Source: Raillietiella orientalis (lineage: Eukaryota). From it: 64,000 nt of DNA. Each line of letters begins with the position of its first letter. Positions within the stretch are counted from its first letter, which is position 1. Both the position numbers and the translations under genes were made by a program. Below, piece after piece: positions 61,434 through 64,000 of this stretch. The DNA is taken from NCBI GenBank assembly GCA_036172245.1, contig JAYWIR010000005.1, forward strand, positions 62,001-126,000, read 5' to 3'. The notes below the pieces were generated by a model, which was given only the letters and a program-made list of their open reading frames with translations, did no database searches and was not told where the DNA came from.

Positions 61434-64000
61434 ATGACAAAAGCAGTGCCAAATTTTGGACCAGAATGGTACGAGTTTTCTCTTATAAATGAAATGCCTT
61501 AATGTGTACATCATTCAGGTTAAGAACCCTAACCCACGCAAATTTTCATTGTAGTCCAGAGAATGCTCAAAGTGCATGTAAACCCAAATTAGCAGATTAT
61601 CGTTACAGTCGAGAGGAAATGCTTCATTATTTTGATAAACAGTTTGCACCACCAGATTTTTTGGAAAAAAATGTCCCCGATTTGTTTGTTGAAAAATGTG
61701 AATTGCCCCTGGCCCTGAGTAATTTTTCTGGAAAAGAAGAGGTGGTTTGACTGTTTTTGTCTATCTTTAATCCTATCGTGCGTTCCTTTGCTGATGTGTA
61801 TTTTACGAAATTCATTCTTTTTGCGAATTTCAAAATGATGATTGTACTTACAGTAAATTACATTTAAGTCTGAAAGTCTCAAAGATTTGATATCGCAAAG
61901 AAATGATTTCATTCAATGTTAATTTAGTGAATGCCATGCATAATATAGTTTCCTAATGAATAGAGCATACTTGAGAAACATTTGATTAGGGTATTCATTG
62001 CCAAATTTACTCTTAAGAATTCATATGGCAGAGGTCATATAAACAATAATTATGAAAGAGGCAAGCCTTCAAACAGAGCTCGGAGAGTTTATAATCGTAC
62101 CACTCATTTCGAACATGAAAAGGATTCTTCAAGCAGGCATCAAAAAGGAGTACAAGATTGGTCTCAAGTACTTGAAATTTTGTTGTAACAATTGTAATTA
62201 AAGATCCATAGGCTGTGCATGAAATGAATTGTGAGGAGGAAACTATGGACATCAAAGGAAGCAGTTTTCCTAGAACCAAAACAGTAGATAACTGGCGATT
62301 AAGAAAACAGGGCAAACAAGAGGATGACATGTGGAGACCATCACCATATAAAAAAGATCTTGAGAAGGACAAGGGATATTTTTGTAAGTGACAGCTTCAC
62401 GTGTAAGCATATTGTAGTTACTTTTAGTCAAGGCATCTAAAAGTTTCAACTGGAGGGACAAATCCCAAAAATATGAAAAAGAAAATAGAAATGATCATGA
62501 AAAGTAAGTCATAATCTTTGAAATATGTTAGGAGTAAGGTTAAAACATTTTTGGATGGAATAATTGCATTTTTGTTCATGCCACAATTTCACTCGTTTAT
62601 GACATTTTCATTTCTATTCCAGACTAGGGAACCGTCACAGAACGAAAAGTATGGGATCTGAGATTTCCGGTGGTTATACAAACTTTCTAAATGATACTAA
62701 GATCCAGAGTGCATTTTCAGATTTGAAGAGGTATTTTGAAAAAGAGATCATGTAAAAGTATAAAAATGAAAACTAATGCACTTTTATTGTGCAGAAGCAA
62801 TTCGTTTTGATATTGATTTAGTAAAAATGAGAATCCCAAACATTATCAGCTATACTTTAAAATGTTTTAAGTTTGATATAAGGTGTCTGCTTTCAGTTGT
62901 ATTTTTGTTTGCATTTTAAGTGTGCATGTACACATGCACATGCTTTTTTTTGCTTTTGTAATATCAATATTAAGCAGTTGCTATGTTTACTCCTAAATTG
63001 AACTTAAATTCGAATTTGTTTGTCCTCTATTTAACTACATTGATGTCATCCATTTGTGTTAATATTTAGGTGTATTTTTGCTATTATTTATTGAATAGAC
63101 ATTGCTTTGCATCATATGCTGGTATAATGGACAGGGATGAGTTTGATACTATCTGTGAAGAAAACAAAACACCTTTATTATTTCGGCATTTATTATTTGC
63201 TGAAATGATTATGAAGTAAAATGTGCTGTTGTAGTGGACTAAATCAGATGTATTGCAACTACATTATAGGAACTTGTTACTAACTAAAGAATTACTTTAT
63301 TAATATCCTCCCACATCTGTAGTGTATTTATTCTGTTGTTATTTAGTTACAGGTATGATGATTTGCCAGAGTGGTCAGACACAAATTCTGATCATTTTGT
63401 TGGGACTTTTGATCATACTGGAACTTTTCAAGGATCAGACTTCAAATACAAGAAACAGGTGAAATGCTTAAGACATAATATTTTAATTTCTGTTTGATTA
63501 GAGTGATGATGTGCTATGTTTTCAAGTTGAGAAGCAAAGTTTTCACACAAATGAAAATGAAAAACGTGATTCTAGTCATATTTTGCAATCCACATTAGAT
63601 TGTTCAGAACAGAATGCATCAAAAATTAACTCTCCTGTTCTTTCAAAAAATGTACATGGTGCTATGTCTCTACACAATACTTTGGACAGTAAATGTGATC
63701 ATATACCCGCAAAAAAGAATACAAGCATTCAAAATAAAGAAAATTCTCCAATTAATGTCTTTGTTGAGAGTCCAACTGTTAACAGTTCTTGTGCAGTGAC
63801 TGATGCAGTTCCCATAGAAGCCTCAGATTATCTGTCAAGTGCTAAAGCAGATTACAAACTTGATGGTAACATTGTTAATGCAAAGCATATAGCAGTTGCA
63901 GCTGATATGGTGATGAAGAAGTTTGTGGATGATTTTGAAGTGCACAAATCAAATAAATTTGATAAGCAAAATGAAGGATCCAAATGGTATTATCAGGATC
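61434..64000 (+). CDS. GIGYF2: GRB10-interacting GYF protein (GIGYF1/2, PERQ) 5' part. Exons 61434-61468, 61519-61741, ~61964-62167, 62212-62383, 62428-62503, 63353-63458, 63502->64000
   Basis: N-terminal NFGPEW|LR, the 4EHP-binding motif YRYSREEML, LPLAL, and DDLPEW..VGTFDHTGTF. The window ends in KWYYQD, the start of the GYF domain. Exon phases are compatible. The symbol denotes the family, not a specific paralog. Confidence 0.9.

Overview
This is eukaryotic (most likely arthropod) genomic DNA with GT-AG introns, many only 40-56 nt. Five host genes are recognisable. A heme peroxidase runs on + (last 8 exons, 633-12247, starting upstream of the window). SFR1 (-, 16456-17170) is followed after only 30 nt by MRPS18C (-, 14874-16425). 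p23/PTGES3 lies on - (42548-43276) and GIGYF on + (61434 to the window end). A possible unassigned gene sits head-to-head with GIGYF. The intergenic and intronic DNA is rich in mobile elements. A ~750-900 bp SINE-like family has at least 8 copies or pieces, with a tRNA-like head, repeated CCC-TTCG-GGG hairpins and 14-bp and 44-bp target-site duplications. There are also three ~1.1-kb copies of one LINE 3' end, a 5'-truncated Tx1/L1-clade LINE, mariner and piggyBac remnants, a ~290-bp inverted-repeat pair and a MITE-like element. A ~1.3-kb Wolbachia-like insert (IS630 + IS5 + sucC fragments) is embedded among host transposons. The most interesting items are the dicistronic-looking SFR1-MRPS18C unit, the structured SINE with its possible LINE partner, and the bacterial insert. 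All calls were made by eye and no database searches were run.
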